From Pseudomonadota bacterium (lineage in GTDB: Bacteria; UBA10199; 2-02-FULL-44-16; JBDRGF01): DNA of 64,000 bases. The notes beneath the pieces were generated by a model that saw only the letters and a list, made by a program, of their open reading frames with translations, searched no databases and was not told the origin of the DNA. Position numbers and translations under genes: made by a program. The DNA is taken from contig JBDRGF010000033.1 of assembly GCA_043818055.1 (NCBI GenBank), forward strand, positions 1-64,000, given 5' to 3'. This document shows positions 1-11,002 of the stretch, one piece after another (position 1 is the stretch's first letter; each line of letters starts with the position of its first letter).

Positions 1-33
1 TCACACGGCCCTGAATATTCATCTGTCGAAAAG

Positions 34-1569
34 GTGTTGGAGGTAAAGGCGGGTGAGGTGCTCGATCTCGGCAAAATAACTTTGAAACAGATAAACCCAA
101 CGCCCGGATATGTCAGTGCTGACATGCACCTCCACTGCATCAACAGTCCCGATTCGGCGATACTTGAAAAGAGCCGTGTCATAGCGGCTATCGCCGAGGG
201 GATGGATATCATCCAATCGACCGATCACGATTTTCTCACCGATTACGGCAAGGGTCTTAGTGAATTGACCAATGCGGGAATCGTACTTCCTAATTCGATA
301 CAGACATCTATCGGGGATGAAGTGACTCCAAATCATTATGGTCATCTCAATGTATATCCGCTTGAAGCTGATGAGAGCGATCCCGATCACGGCGCGATCG
401 ACTGGAGCAACTCTCCGCTCGACGAAGTCTCTCCTGCCCCCGACTATGGTTTGAGCCTCGACGAGATAATCACTGAGGTGCGAAAAGACCCCGGCGAAGA
501 GGTAGTTCAGATAAATCATATAATGGATATGCCCACAGGTATTCCACTTGCTGCCGGCTGGGTGACTAGTCCACACTACGATGTCGATCCCCTTTCAAGC
601 TACGCTGATCCGATTGGACAGAGGATGGCACCCTCTTCACAGAGCACATTTCCCTTAGAGCTTGGAGCGACAGGTCTCATGCCGACTCTAGATTATGAGG
701 CAATCGAGCTCGTGATCGGAATCAATTCACATGACACCGATCTGTTCTATCGCTCAGCGCTCCCCACATGGTTCAACCTTCTCAACATCGGAAAGGTTGT
801 TACAGCTGTAGCTGATTCAGATAGCCATAGAGAGAGCGCTAATCCACTGGGACTCCCCCGAAATTACATCGCCCTTAAAACCGACCCTAGAGATGGCATT
901 GGAGATAACTATTCAGACATCGATCTTGAAGAGTATGCGGTATCGATCAGAAATCATCGCGTGGTCGTCTCGACAGGTCCATTCATAACAGTCGATGCAC
1001 GAAATAAGAAGGGTGAAATCGTAACGATCGGAGATATGATCAAGGGTAATTCGATCGAGCTAGACATCACCGTCTCTGCCCCATCGTGGGCGTGGTTCGA
1101 TACGATCGACATCTACGCCAACACCGATCCGATGCCGGTCGATGACAAGACGGATGAACCGATGAAGGGTGTGGCAGCAAATCCCGCCACATTCTATGAA
1201 CCGTATCATATTCCGCGATATACCTATCAGCCGACAAAAACATTCAGCCTTCAATCAAAAACTCTCGAGGGATGGGAGGAGAAGGATGGAAAGATCACCG
1301 CCCACCTGAAATACACGCTGACCGCGAGCGAGGACACATGGGTCGTCGTCATGGCCAGAGGGTCGAAGGGGACAAAGGGCTACAGATCCCTCTTCCCGAT
1401 CGCGCCGGATGTTTTAGTTGATCCCAAGAAAAAGCCCGAGAACTTCGATGTAAACGATCTTACATCATTCCACCAGAGCGAGCTGGTCGGCGCCAACGCC
1501 TGGGCGCTCTCCAATCCTATCTTCATCGATGTCGATGGAAATGGGTTTAAGGGAAAGTTTGAGAAGTAG
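34..1569 (+). CDS. CehA/McbA-type PHP-fold metallohydrolase, probably 5'-truncated by the window edge
   Basis: Motifs ADMHLHC, STDHD, GDEVT, HYGHLN, QINH, ADSDSH and terminal SNPIFID typical of this family. Confidence 0.75.
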   Translation: MLEVKAGEVLDLGKITLKQINPTPGYVSADMHLHCINSPDSAILEKSRVIAAIAEGMDIIQSTDHDFLTDYGKGLSELTNAGIVLPNSIQTSIGDEVTPNHYGHLNVYPLEADESDPDHGAIDWSNSPLDEVSPAPDYGLSLDEIITEVRKDPGEEVVQINHIMDMPTGIPLAAGWVTSPHYDVDPLSSYADPIGQRMAPSSQSTFPLELGATGLMPTLDYEAIELVIGINSHDTDLFYRSALPTWFNLLNIGKVVTAVADSDSHRESANPLGLPRNYIALKTDPRDGIGDNYSDIDLEEYAVSIRNHRVVVSTGPFITVDARNKKGEIVTIGDMIKGNSIELDITVSAPSWAWFDTIDIYANTDPMPVDDKTDEPMKGVAANPATFYEPYHIPRYTYQPTKTFSLQSKTLEGWEEKDGKITAHLKYTLTASEDTWVVVMARGSKGTKGYRSLFPIAPDVLVDPKKKPENFDVNDLTSFHQSELVGANAWALSNPIFIDVDGNGFKGKFEK

Positions 1570-1634
1570 TACCCATTCTCAATAATCCTAATTTCATTTG
1601 GATTATTCCCAAAATTTCACTATAATGCCCCTCT

Positions 1635-3284
1635 ATGGAAAATACATTCAGCTGGGCTTTGCTCATTGGAGGTCTCACATTCTTTTTCTTCGGGCTCAAA
1701 GAGGTGCGGGAGGCCCTTCAGCTTTTGGCGGGGGATCGCTTTAAAGCAGCTCTCGGACATCTGGTCGGAAACAGATTCAAAGCGCTAACACTCGGAGCGC
1801 TCATGACCGTGATATTGCAAAGCTCATCGGCGACCTCTGTGATGTTAGTAAGCTTTGCTTCGACTTCGCTCATCTCTCTAAAACAGGCTATTGCCGTCCT
1901 TTTAGGGGCAGGAATCGGGACTACAGTTGTTGTAGTTCTTCTATCCATCAAAAAAATAACTGATTATTCACTGGTTTTAATTGCGATCGGATTTGTCATA
2001 TTTGCTGTGGCAAAACAGAGAAAGGCAAAATATTTCGGATCGGCAATTCTAGGTTTTGGACTGATTTTCTATGGTATGTTTTTGATGTCACAGGCCGCAT
2101 TGCCTCTCAGAAGCAGTGAAATCGCCATACAGATGTTTTCATACTTAGCAGAAAACCCCTTTGCATCTTTGGTGCTTGCCACAATATTTACATCTATAAT
2201 ACAGACATCCGCTGCGACGATAGGTCTGGCCATAGCACTCGCATTCGCTGGCACGATCAACTTTGAGCAGGCAGCTCCAATCGTGCTTGGCGCAAATATT
2301 GGCACCTGCATGACAGCTTTAATCGCAAGTTATGGAATGGGAATCGACGGAAAACGAGTTGCTATTGCTCATACACTTTCAAAGATCTTTGGCGTTGCTA
2401 TTATTTTTCCATTTCTACCTCAGGTTGTTTCGTTTATAGAATCGATACATATAACCGGAGGGCTATTCAACCTGCAAACAGGGATCGCAGGTCAGATCGC
2501 CCTTTTTCATCTCCTCTTCAACGTGGCAGTGGCAATATGTTTTCTTCCACTGGTAACTCCTCTTCATAATCTCGTCGTAAAAATTCTACCTTCAAAAGCG
2601 AAAGAAAAAGAGACATTTGAGCCAAAATATCTTGATGAATCAGCACTAGCAACACCGAGCATCGCATTCGCACACGCGAAAAGGGAGATATTGAGAATAG
2701 CTGAATTGACCAGAACGCTTTTGAGCAAAGTTTTATTGATGTTCAGCAAAGGTGAGGATGTGAGGGATCGCTGGGAGGAGATTCAGGGAGATGACGATAA
2801 GATCGACCTTCTGGAAAAGGCCGTCCGATTCTATCTGGCGAAGATCTCGCAGGAATCTTTAAGCGAATCACAGGCCTTGACCCAGCTCTCACTTCTTTCC
2901 ATATCATCAGACCTCGAAGAGATCGGCGATATAATATCCCGCGAACTTCTGGCACTCTCCAAGAAGAAATCATCGTGGCACAGGATTTTTTCAGAGGAGG
3001 GCTGGCACGATCTTAAAGGTTTTTTAAAGATGGTAGAGAAGAACTTCGATCTGCTCTTGCTTCTGATGGCACATCCATCCGAAGAGTTGCACATGAAGAT
3101 CAAGAGACATGAGAATGACATGAATGAAGAGGAGCAAAGATTGCGACAGTCTCACTTGCTGAGACTTCACAAAGGACTGAAGGAGACATTCGATACAAGC
3201 TCAATACATCTGGACGTGCTTTCCAACTTAAGAAGGATTAACACAAAGCTATCTCAAATAGCTGACAGATCGATGCAGGAGTAG
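1635..3284 (+). CDS. Na/Pi cotransporter family protein with C-terminal PhoU-like domains
   Basis: QSSSAT and LGANIGT repeats in a multi-TM N-terminus; helical soluble C-terminus. Confidence 0.9.
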   Translation: MENTFSWALLIGGLTFFFFGLKEVREALQLLAGDRFKAALGHLVGNRFKALTLGALMTVILQSSSATSVMLVSFASTSLISLKQAIAVLLGAGIGTTVVVVLLSIKKITDYSLVLIAIGFVIFAVAKQRKAKYFGSAILGFGLIFYGMFLMSQAALPLRSSEIAIQMFSYLAENPFASLVLATIFTSIIQTSAATIGLAIALAFAGTINFEQAAPIVLGANIGTCMTALIASYGMGIDGKRVAIAHTLSKIFGVAIIFPFLPQVVSFIESIHITGGLFNLQTGIAGQIALFHLLFNVAVAICFLPLVTPLHNLVVKILPSKAKEKETFEPKYLDESALATPSIAFAHAKREILRIAELTRTLLSKVLLMFSKGEDVRDRWEEIQGDDDKIDLLEKAVRFYLAKISQESLSESQALTQLSLLSISSDLEEIGDIISRELLALSKKKSSWHRIFSEEGWHDLKGFLKMVEKNFDLLLLLMAHPSEELHMKIKRHENDMNEEEQRLRQSHLLRLHKGLKETFDTSSIHLDVLSNLRRINTKLSQIADRSMQE

Positions 3285-3286
3285 AT

Positions 3287-3943
3287 ATGAATAAAATAAT
3301 AATCTTCGCTTTAGCTTTCGTGATGGCAATCCTATCATGTTCGCTTGTTTACTCCCACGATCTGAATTCCACTGAATACTCTCATTTTACAAGGGTGTCG
3401 ATTCAACCCGATTCGCTTCAGATCAAATATTCGGTTTATATCCCTGAAAGCCATATCAATAAAATGATCAAAAAGCTCTCCAAGAGCAAAGATGCCGTAT
3501 CTGAACTGGAAAAACAGATTGCTGATGAAGTGGCTCAAGGTTTCAGAGTTGTATTGAACGACATACCACAGAAAATGAACCTGCTAAAAAAACACCTCGA
3601 CACATCTGATCATCATGGCCACGATCAATGGGTACTTAATATTAATATCGCAATTCCTATTGAGTTACCTCCTGATCAAAAGTCCAAACTTATCATCAGC
3701 AACACAAATTTCAGGGAATGGAACTCCCTCTACAAAAACCAACTGGAAGCTGAAGGGGTCGTGATCTCTCAATCATCGATCCCTGAAAACATGTCATGGG
3801 TTCGCGACAACAAACACAGGGATATAAACATAGAACTCTTTCCAGAGATCAACAAGGAATTCCCGATAATTTATATAATACTTGGATTGGGGATAATTGC
3901 GTTTATTGCTTTGATGATGCTGATAAAAAGAAGAAAGCAATAA
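3287..3943 (+). CDS. Hypothetical exported protein with C-terminal membrane anchor
   Basis: Signal peptide, C-terminal TM followed by KRRKQ; starts 2 nt after upstream stop. Confidence 0.7.
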   Translation: MNKIIIFALAFVMAILSCSLVYSHDLNSTEYSHFTRVSIQPDSLQIKYSVYIPESHINKMIKKLSKSKDAVSELEKQIADEVAQGFRVVLNDIPQKMNLLKKHLDTSDHHGHDQWVLNINIAIPIELPPDQKSKLIISNTNFREWNSLYKNQLEAEGVVISQSSIPENMSWVRDNKHRDINIELFPEINKEFPIIYIILGLGIIAFIALMMLIKRRKQ

Positions 3944-3951
3944 TTAATAAT

Positions 3952-4007
3952 TACCAATTCACAATATCCAATTAACAATTTCTAAAATGATGTTAATTGG
4001 ATATTGT
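3952..4007. repeat. Heptamer-type array forming a 17-bp perfect inverted repeat
   Basis: acaatatccaattaaca (3961-3977) and tgttaattggatattgt (3991-4007). Confidence 0.8.
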
Positions 4008-4201
4008 TCTCGGCGTCATCTATGGATCCGTTCGGGAGTCAAGCGCGAAAGGCAAATTGCTTAAAATTTAACTGACACATTTTCGCTGACAACCGGGGCG
4101 ACTATCAGATCAAGTCGCGACCACTACACTTAAAATGTTAACAGAACCGCCTTTCAAAATTTCAGCTAAGTTTGTGGTTGATTCTTTTTGTTAATCCGCT
4201 T

Positions 4202-5479
4202 TTATTTTTTAGACTTTTGTTGAACCAACTGAAGTGCTTTTAAATAGCATTGATCAAGTTTTGAAACAGGATAATTAATATTTCTTGCCATGTTTCTAAA
4301 TATTTTCATTTTCAAATTAAAATGAAATTTAAAATCCGAAATAGAAAATATCTTAACAGAGTCATCTATATATTTTTGATACATCCTTCTAAATTTCCGC
4401 CTTAATATAGCTCCGAATTTTCTTAATATAAGAGGATTTATTTTGAAAAGCATAGTCGCAGCATTTAAATTCAATATGGCTATCATATATTCCTTTTTTT
4501 TATTTGCTTTGTTATAGTTTTGCATATGTCTCTTCAATTCTTCAACTAATCTATTCGATGAAAATAAGTAATAATCTTTGCGCAAAGATTGAGGACGCAG
4601 ACGAATCCTTACTACACGTAAGTTATTGTAGAATGAAGCAAACTTATGACTTTTTCCAAATTGGATGGCTATATTTGGTTTTTTGCATAAATGTGGTCTA
4701 TCTTTATATCTTTTAAAGAAACGATGAATTTGCGATAAAGCAAAATTTTCTCGTTGGATATTAACTTGTTTTATCTCTTTCAATACCGTTGTCATTTCAG
4801 CAATAACTTGCTTCATTTTTCTTTTTAAAAGAGAACTTTTTGAATTGCTTGCAGCCAAAGTTTTAAAGTTTGGATTTTTTATTAATTTACGAGCCTCTTT
4901 TTTCCAATGACGAAACCTTATTATAGCAGCTATGTGCTTTTCAACTAATGAATCACTGCCTGCTATCAGCAATTTAGTTTTTGGGTTTAGCACCTTATAA
5001 AGGCGAGCGGCTCCGTACGCATAAAGAAGAAAAGCAGTATCTACGTTCCAATTTACCTTACCATTTGGTTTCATTAAAGTGCTAAATGATTTTCTGATTT
5101 TTAGACGATCAATATCGGATATCAGTTTCATTTCACATCCGGCTGCCATGCAGCTTTCAAGTAAAATATGATGCGTTTTATTTGTAACATAGAATCTAAG
5201 AATGGATAACTGAGACAACACAGCACGTAGTTCATCTTTTTTTATACGCCCCGATATCATCCTAAATCTATTAATGCTACGCAATGGATTAGCATGTACT
5301 TGTGGTAAATGAGCTACGGTAGGACTGCATTGTGTTATTGCAGTAGATACTTTTTTCAGTGATTGTTTTGAGCTCTTTGTGGGTTTAGAAGCTGAACTTC
5401 TTTGTCTCAATGTATTAGACAGCAATAACGGTTTGAGCAAGTTGTCTGTAAAACTCACAAACGATGATACGTTTGCCAT
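4202..5479 (-). CDS. Hypothetical basic (Lys/Arg-rich) AT-rich orphan protein
   Basis: 425-codon ORF in AT-rich DNA; no recognised motif. Confidence 0.55.
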   Translation of the reverse strand: MANVSSFVSFTDNLLKPLLLSNTLRQRSSASKPTKSSKQSLKKVSTAITQCSPTVAHLPQVHANPLRSINRFRMISGRIKKDELRAVLSQLSILRFYVTNKTHHILLESCMAAGCEMKLISDIDRLKIRKSFSTLMKPNGKVNWNVDTAFLLYAYGAARLYKVLNPKTKLLIAGSDSLVEKHIAAIIRFRHWKKEARKLIKNPNFKTLAASNSKSSLLKRKMKQVIAEMTTVLKEIKQVNIQRENFALSQIHRFFKRYKDRPHLCKKPNIAIQFGKSHKFASFYNNLRVVRIRLRPQSLRKDYYLFSSNRLVEELKRHMQNYNKANKKKEYMIAILNLNAATMLFKINPLILRKFGAILRRKFRRMYQKYIDDSVKIFSISDFKFHFNLKMKIFRNMARNINYPVSKLDQCYLKALQLVQQKSKK

Positions 5480-5574
5480 ATTGCCTGATCCTTTATTAAT
5501 AAGCCATTCCCTTCCAAAATTGCAGTTTTAGAGCAGCTTGGAGAAAAAATACAATTGAAATCGAAAAATAACAT

Positions 5575-5878
5575 TTGGGCACCTCTAAAAACTTCCTCTG
5601 TCATCTTATTTATCGTCATATCCAGAAAAAAGTTGCTAAATAACCGGCCCATAATCCGACACTTGATTTCAACATACTTTCCTCCCTCCCTTGAGGGGAG
5701 GGAGTCAGAGGGAGGGTGATTTGAATGCTCATTTCACTTATTGAGTTAATATCACCCTCACCCTAACCCTCTCCCGTCAAGGGAGAGGGGCAAAGAGGTG
5801 TCGGATTTTGGCGGCTAATAATTGGGAAAAGATTGGTGTAAAAACAAAATGACAAAGGAGGTTTTTAGAGGTGCCCAA
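5575..5878. mobile_element. MITE-like non-autonomous element with 30-bp terminal inverted repeats and nested palindromes
   Basis: ttgggcacctctaaaaacttcctctgtcat (5575-5604) vs atgacaaaggaggtttttagaggtgcccaa (5849-5878), 28/30 match; internal tccgacac/gtgtcgga and CCCTCACCCTAACCCTCTCCC-type palindromes. Confidence 0.7.
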
Positions 5879-5919
5879 TTATTGGATATTGGATATTGGA
5901 TATTGTGAATTGTTAATTG
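5879..5919. repeat. Tandem heptamer array (attggat)n at the ftsY stop
   Basis: attggatattggatattggatattgtgaattgttaattg. Confidence 0.8.
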
Positions 5920-6875
5920 CCTTTCAGTATTGAATCTACGAACTCACTCGCATCGAATGGTTTAAGGTCTTCCATCCCCTCACCCACACCTATATAGCTG
6001 ATCGGAAGGTTTAGTTCCCCTGCCACTGAAAAGAGTATTCCACCCTTTGCTGTGCCATCGAGCTTTGTGACGACAACCGATGTCAATCCAAGGGCCTCAT
6101 TAAATTCCCTGGCCTGAACCAGGCCATTCTGACCGACTGTCGCGTCCAGCACTAAAATCTTTTCATGTGGCGCACCTTCGTACGCCTTTCCCGCTACTTT
6201 GGATATCTTCTTCAGTTCATCCATCAGATTAGTCTTTGTGTGAAGTCTGCCTGCAGTATCTACGATAATTACATCGTGACCAGAGCTCGTCCCCTTTTTT
6301 ATTCCATCGAAGACTATGCTCGCAGCATCGCTGTTGTTGGGATTTGCAAAAACGGGAACATTTAGGCGCTCTCCCCAAATCTTTAACTGATCCACAGCTG
6401 CCGCCCTGAATGTGTCGGCAGCGATTAGAAAGACTCTTTTTCCTTCTTCGGTCAACTTTCTGGCCATCTTAGCGATCGTCGTCGTTTTGCCGCAGCCATT
6501 GACACCTACAACAATTATCACTTGTGGTTCAACATGTTTAACCTGTGATGCTAAATCCAAAAGAGAGGTCATCTCATGTTTTAATATCCTTCTCGCTTCA
6601 TCGGCATCGTTCGTATTTTTCAAAGACTCCAAAAATCTTGTTGAAGTTGCAACTCCGACATCCGCTGTGATCAGAGCCTCTTCGAGATGACAAAACGCGC
6701 TTTCGTCCAATTGAGAAGCACCTAAAAAATTCGCAAACGCCTGTCTGACCCCCTTCGCAGGCTTAGCCCCGACAGATAAAACAGCACCGTTCGTTTTTTT
6801 TCTTTTAAGGAAAACAATGACTGTAATCAAAATGATTACAAAAAGTGCAGCCGCTACATAATAGTAATGATTCAT
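5913..6875 (-). CDS. ftsY: Signal recognition particle receptor FtsY
   Basis: GVNGCGKTTT, DTFRAAA, DTAGR, TKLDGTAKGG; follows smc. Confidence 0.97.
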   Translation of the reverse strand: MNHYYYVAAALFVIILITVIVFLKRKKTNGAVLSVGAKPAKGVRQAFANFLGASQLDESAFCHLEEALITADVGVATSTRFLESLKNTNDADEARRILKHEMTSLLDLASQVKHVEPQVIIVVGVNGCGKTTTIAKMARKLTEEGKRVFLIAADTFRAAAVDQLKIWGERLNVPVFANPNNSDAASIVFDGIKKGTSSGHDVIIVDTAGRLHTKTNLMDELKKISKVAGKAYEGAPHEKILVLDATVGQNGLVQAREFNEALGLTSVVVTKLDGTAKGGILFSVAGELNLPISYIGVGEGMEDLKPFDASEFVDSILKGN

Positions 6876-6888
6876 ATATGTTGTTTTT

Positions 6889-6950
6889 TGTAGGGGAGGG
6901 TTTCAAACCCTCCCGAAAATAAGCGGGCAGGTTTAAAACCTGCCCCTACA
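6889..6950. repeat. GTAG-family REP doublet
   Basis: tgtaggggagggtttcaaaccctccc...gggcaggtttaaaacctgcccctaca. Confidence 0.8.
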
Positions 6951-6972
6951 ATAAATTAACTCGTAGTTACCT

Positions 6973-9900
6973 CTAAGCTGCTGATCCTTCGAGATCGACC
7001 GAGGTGTCACCCTCTTTATTGAGACGGACAGAGACGAGCTTTGAAGCGCCGGCCTCTTCCATCGTCACACCGTAGAGCAGATCGGCGAGTTCCATCGTTC
7101 GTTTGTTGTGCGTGATCAGTATGAATTGTGAATGTTTGGTCATCGACCGGATCAGTTCGTTGAATCGATCGACGTTGACGTCATCGAGCGGCGCATCGAC
7201 CTCATCCAGCAGACAGAACGGAGATGGCTTGATGAGAAAGATCGAAAAAACAAGTGCGATCGCTGTTAGAGCCTTCTCACCGCCGGAGAGAAGTCCGACA
7301 GACTGCAGCTTCTTTCCGGGGGGTTGAGCAACGATCTCAATTCCGCTCTCAAGAATATTATCCTCATCCGTCATCAAAAGACGCGCCCTGCCACCCTTGA
7401 AGAGGGCTGGAAATAATTTTTGGAACTGGCCATCGACTGCGTCGAAGGCCTCTTTAAATCTCTCGCGGCTGGTCTTGTTTATCTTCTGAATTGCTTTTTG
7501 CAGCCCGCTCACTGATTGGGTGAGATCTCCATGCTGGGCAAATATATGATCGTGACGCTCTTTGATCTCATTAAATTCAGTGATCGCATCGACATTGACC
7601 GAACCGAATTTATCAAGACGATCCTTTAATGAAGAGACTAAAGACTCCTCTTCTTCGATATTTAAATCGTCCTTAGAATAACTGACGGCATGGGTCGGAA
7701 GATCTACCCGATATTTCTCTCCGATTGTCTGGACGAGATGCTGCAGGTCGGAGCCTCTCTGAGTCAACTTCAGCTCGACTTCGTGCGCCTTCGTCACCTC
7801 TTCATCGTGGGCTTTGCGCAGTCCATGGATCTTAGCCTCATCCTCTCTCAACAGTGATTTGGACTGATGATAGGCATCTGTGAGCTCTTTTTCTTTTGTG
7901 TCCAGCTTCTGCAAATCCTGAACTATAAAATTGAGATCAAGTCTCAAATCGTCAACCTGACTTCTCAAAACTTTCGCATCCTGGGCTTCGAGCGCTACGT
8001 CGTTCTTGCTCTTGTGAATATTGAGGAGAAACTCAATCTTATCAGAGAGCAATCTTTCGACATCCCTCGTAGCGGCAGAGCTTCGTTCTTCCACCTGAGC
8101 AAGTGCAATCTTAGCTTCGACGAATTTATCTTCTTCATCATGCAGACTCGAATCCCGCTCTTCGATTTGCCTTTGAATTTCAGAGAGTCTACTTTCAGCC
8201 TCTTTCTGTTTTGAATCGAGTTCGGTGCACAACTCTTTCAGGCTCATCTGCTCTTCTGCTATTTTCTTCTCCTCGTCAAAGAGATCGGTCAGCTCAAAGG
8301 TGGTCTGGTCGCGCTCCTCCTCGAGATGAGCCAAATCATCCTCGATCCTTTTCAATTCGCTCTCGGTTGATATCAACACAAGTTCCTGCTTATGAACCTC
8401 GGAGGAGACCTCGTTCAGACGATTGCGTCTGGTGAACAGATCCTCTTCGATTTCCTTGAGCGCGTGTTCCGAATCCTCGAGCTCCTTTTTCATACAGCCG
8501 TTGGAATCTTCAAGCTCCTTGAGTCTTCTATTTTGCGCCAGCAGCTGTTCAGCAACGTTCCCACCCTTACCGCCGGTGATCGTGCCGATGGGGTCGATGA
8601 CCTCTCCATCAAGCGTTGCCAGCGTATAGCCAAAGGTACCCTCACGCCAGACATCGATAGCAGATTTTAAATCCTTCATGAGAACGACATCGCCAACGAT
8701 GTAATTCCCGAGTTTTTTATATTCATCAGTAAAACTGACATGCTGGTTGAGCGGGCCTATGACCCCCTCTCCCTGCGGAGGCGTCGATTCCAGATTCACA
8801 GGGTTGATCTCCATAGGCACAAATGTCGATCTGCCACTCGCCGCCGACTTCAAATATTCAACCGCTTCGATACCTTTTGACTGGGACTCAACGACCACAT
8901 ACTGGAGCTTATCTCCCAAAACCGCACCCAGCGCGGTTTCATATTGGGGAGAGGTCGAGACGAATTCACTGATCGTCCCTATCACCCCTTTAAAGCCATC
9001 TTCGCCTGAGATCTTCTTCATCACGGATTTTACACCATCTTTATATCCGTCGAGATTTCTCTTCAGCTCCATGAGCGACTCGATCTGTGATTGCTTCGTC
9101 TGATAAGAAGCCCTGACCTGATCGAGTTTTTCCTTTGATAGTTTATATGACTCTTCCACCTGAGCGATCACGGGATGAAGTTCATCCCTCTCCTTCAGAA
9201 GTGAGTCCTTCAAATCCCTCACCGACTGAATGCTCTCATCTTTTGTCTGGAATTTTTCCTCAAGCTCTTTTTTCTCCTGATCGAGCTGATCGATGCGGGT
9301 CTGATCCTTGGCCATCTGAGAGGTGACTTCGACAGACCTCTCACCCAGATGCCCGAGCTTCGATTTCGATTCGGAGAACTTTGTAGCAAACTCGAAGATC
9401 TGTTTTCTCAACTCATCGCTATCGTATGCAACCTCATCGCGCTTGGAACGCCGACCGTTGACAATATCGCCAAGCATCGCAACAAGATCCCTCTTATCCT
9501 CACGCATCGAATCGGCAACTACAAATTCCGAATTCACATCACTTAGCTTAACGCTGATATCGGCGAGCTTTGCCTCGAGGAGTTTGAGTTCCTCCCTCGC
9601 CGTAGTCACATGAGCATCCAGGCTCTCTGCCTTTTCAAGCTTATGAGTGATATCCGCCTCGGTCAATTTTAGATTGTTCTGAGTTGCCCATCTCGACTGC
9701 TGCACCTCGTCGAGCTCCCGTTCCATATTAGCTAGTTCGAGCCTCTTGCTCTCAAGATTTGTCTCAAGACTGATAAGCTCTGCAGAGGCAGAGGCTGAAC
9801 CCTCGCGAGCCTTCGAACACTCAGAATCGAGAGAGTTCAACTCTCCCCTCTCCTTTAAATATTTCGTTGAGAAAAGGGCAAGCTCTCTCTCTTTGAGTTC

Positions 9901-10569
9901 GTCGCTCACCACTTTGTAACGCTCGGCTTTCTTCGCCTGACGATTTAATGAATTGAGCTGACGGGAGAGTTCAGCGATGAGATCGTCGAGCCTCAAAAGA
10001 TTCGACTTCGTCGCTTCCAATTTTCTGAGAGCGGCCTCCTTGCGCGATTTGAACTTTGAAATTCCCGAGGCCTCCTCGATGAGCATCCTGCGATCTTCCG
10101 GTTTTGATGAGACGATGCTCCCGATCATTCCCTGTTCGATAATAGAATAGGCCTTAGATCCGACACCCGTTCCGAGAAAGAGATCGACGATATCCTTGAG
10201 CCTGCAGGGCGTTTTATTTATAAAATATTCGCTCTCCCCTGAACGGTATAAGCGGCGTCCCACCTGTATTTCCGAGTATTTTGCATAATCAGCCGGCGCC
10301 CTTCCATCTGAGTTGTCGAAGGTCAAAAAGACCTGCGCCATTCCCATTGCGGGGCGCTTCTGAGAGCCGTTGAAGATGACATCGACCATCTCGCCGCCAC
10401 GCAAATGTTTCGCAGATTGTTCACCCATCACCCAGCGGATAGCATCGACGATATTGGATTTGCCGCAACCGTTCGGACCGACAATCGATGTTACGCCCTC
10501 CTCAAAATGGACAACAGTCCTATCGACAAATGATTTAAAACCGACCACTTCTAATGATTTTAGACGCAT
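6973..10569 (-). CDS. smc: Chromosome segregation protein SMC
   Basis: GPNGCGKSN, long coiled coils with hinge, LSGGEK, LLDEVDAPLD. Confidence 0.98.
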   Translation of the reverse strand: MRLKSLEVVGFKSFVDRTVVHFEEGVTSIVGPNGCGKSNIVDAIRWVMGEQSAKHLRGGEMVDVIFNGSQKRPAMGMAQVFLTFDNSDGRAPADYAKYSEIQVGRRLYRSGESEYFINKTPCRLKDIVDLFLGTGVGSKAYSIIEQGMIGSIVSSKPEDRRMLIEEASGISKFKSRKEAALRKLEATKSNLLRLDDLIAELSRQLNSLNRQAKKAERYKVVSDELKERELALFSTKYLKERGELNSLDSECSKAREGSASASAELISLETNLESKRLELANMERELDEVQQSRWATQNNLKLTEADITHKLEKAESLDAHVTTAREELKLLEAKLADISVKLSDVNSEFVVADSMREDKRDLVAMLGDIVNGRRSKRDEVAYDSDELRKQIFEFATKFSESKSKLGHLGERSVEVTSQMAKDQTRIDQLDQEKKELEEKFQTKDESIQSVRDLKDSLLKERDELHPVIAQVEESYKLSKEKLDQVRASYQTKQSQIESLMELKRNLDGYKDGVKSVMKKISGEDGFKGVIGTISEFVSTSPQYETALGAVLGDKLQYVVVESQSKGIEAVEYLKSAASGRSTFVPMEINPVNLESTPPQGEGVIGPLNQHVSFTDEYKKLGNYIVGDVVLMKDLKSAIDVWREGTFGYTLATLDGEVIDPIGTITGGKGGNVAEQLLAQNRRLKELEDSNGCMKKELEDSEHALKEIEEDLFTRRNRLNEVSSEVHKQELVLISTESELKRIEDDLAHLEEERDQTTFELTDLFDEEKKIAEEQMSLKELCTELDSKQKEAESRLSEIQRQIEERDSSLHDEEDKFVEAKIALAQVEERSSAATRDVERLLSDKIEFLLNIHKSKNDVALEAQDAKVLRSQVDDLRLDLNFIVQDLQKLDTKEKELTDAYHQSKSLLREDEAKIHGLRKAHDEEVTKAHEVELKLTQRGSDLQHLVQTIGEKYRVDLPTHAVSYSKDDLNIEEEESLVSSLKDRLDKFGSVNVDAITEFNEIKERHDHIFAQHGDLTQSVSGLQKAIQKINKTSRERFKEAFDAVDGQFQKLFPALFKGGRARLLMTDEDNILESGIEIVAQPPGKKLQSVGLLSGGEKALTAIALVFSIFLIKPSPFCLLDEVDAPLDDVNVDRFNELIRSMTKHSQFILITHNKRTMELADLLYGVTMEEAGASKLVSVRLNKEGDTSVDLEGSAA

Positions 10570-10863
10570 ATTGATTACCTTAAAACCTGAAAAAACATAG
10601 ATAAAAGGGAGCCGAGACTAACCAAAAGGATAGCTCAACCCCCCACCCCAAAACCTTTAAGGACATAGCAAATGGGTAGAAAAAGGCAATGGGAAAGATC
10701 GGCAAAAACAAACAAAAAGCGCATGTAGCATGTAGTATGTAGTTAACGATTTAGACTGATAAAATAATCTTTGGATATCTCTAAAAGGCTCAATTTTCTT
10801 TCTATGATGCCATTGCGGGCTTAGCAGGCGAAACAGAGTCAATTCGAGTCTTGGCAAAACAAT

Positions 10864-10926
10864 TGTAGGGGCAACCCCCCGTGGTTGCCCTCATATAAGG
10901 ACAGACATTTTCGGCCTACCCCTACA
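10864..10926. repeat. GTAG-family REP doublet
   Basis: tgtaggggcaaccccccgtggttgccct...cctacccctaca. Confidence 0.75.
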
Positions 10927-11002
10927 AAATCATCAAAAAACACAAGTTCGCCAACAGGCTCAAAGGCAATGGGTCAGGTAACATCATGCTTTTCCCTTAT
11001 TT

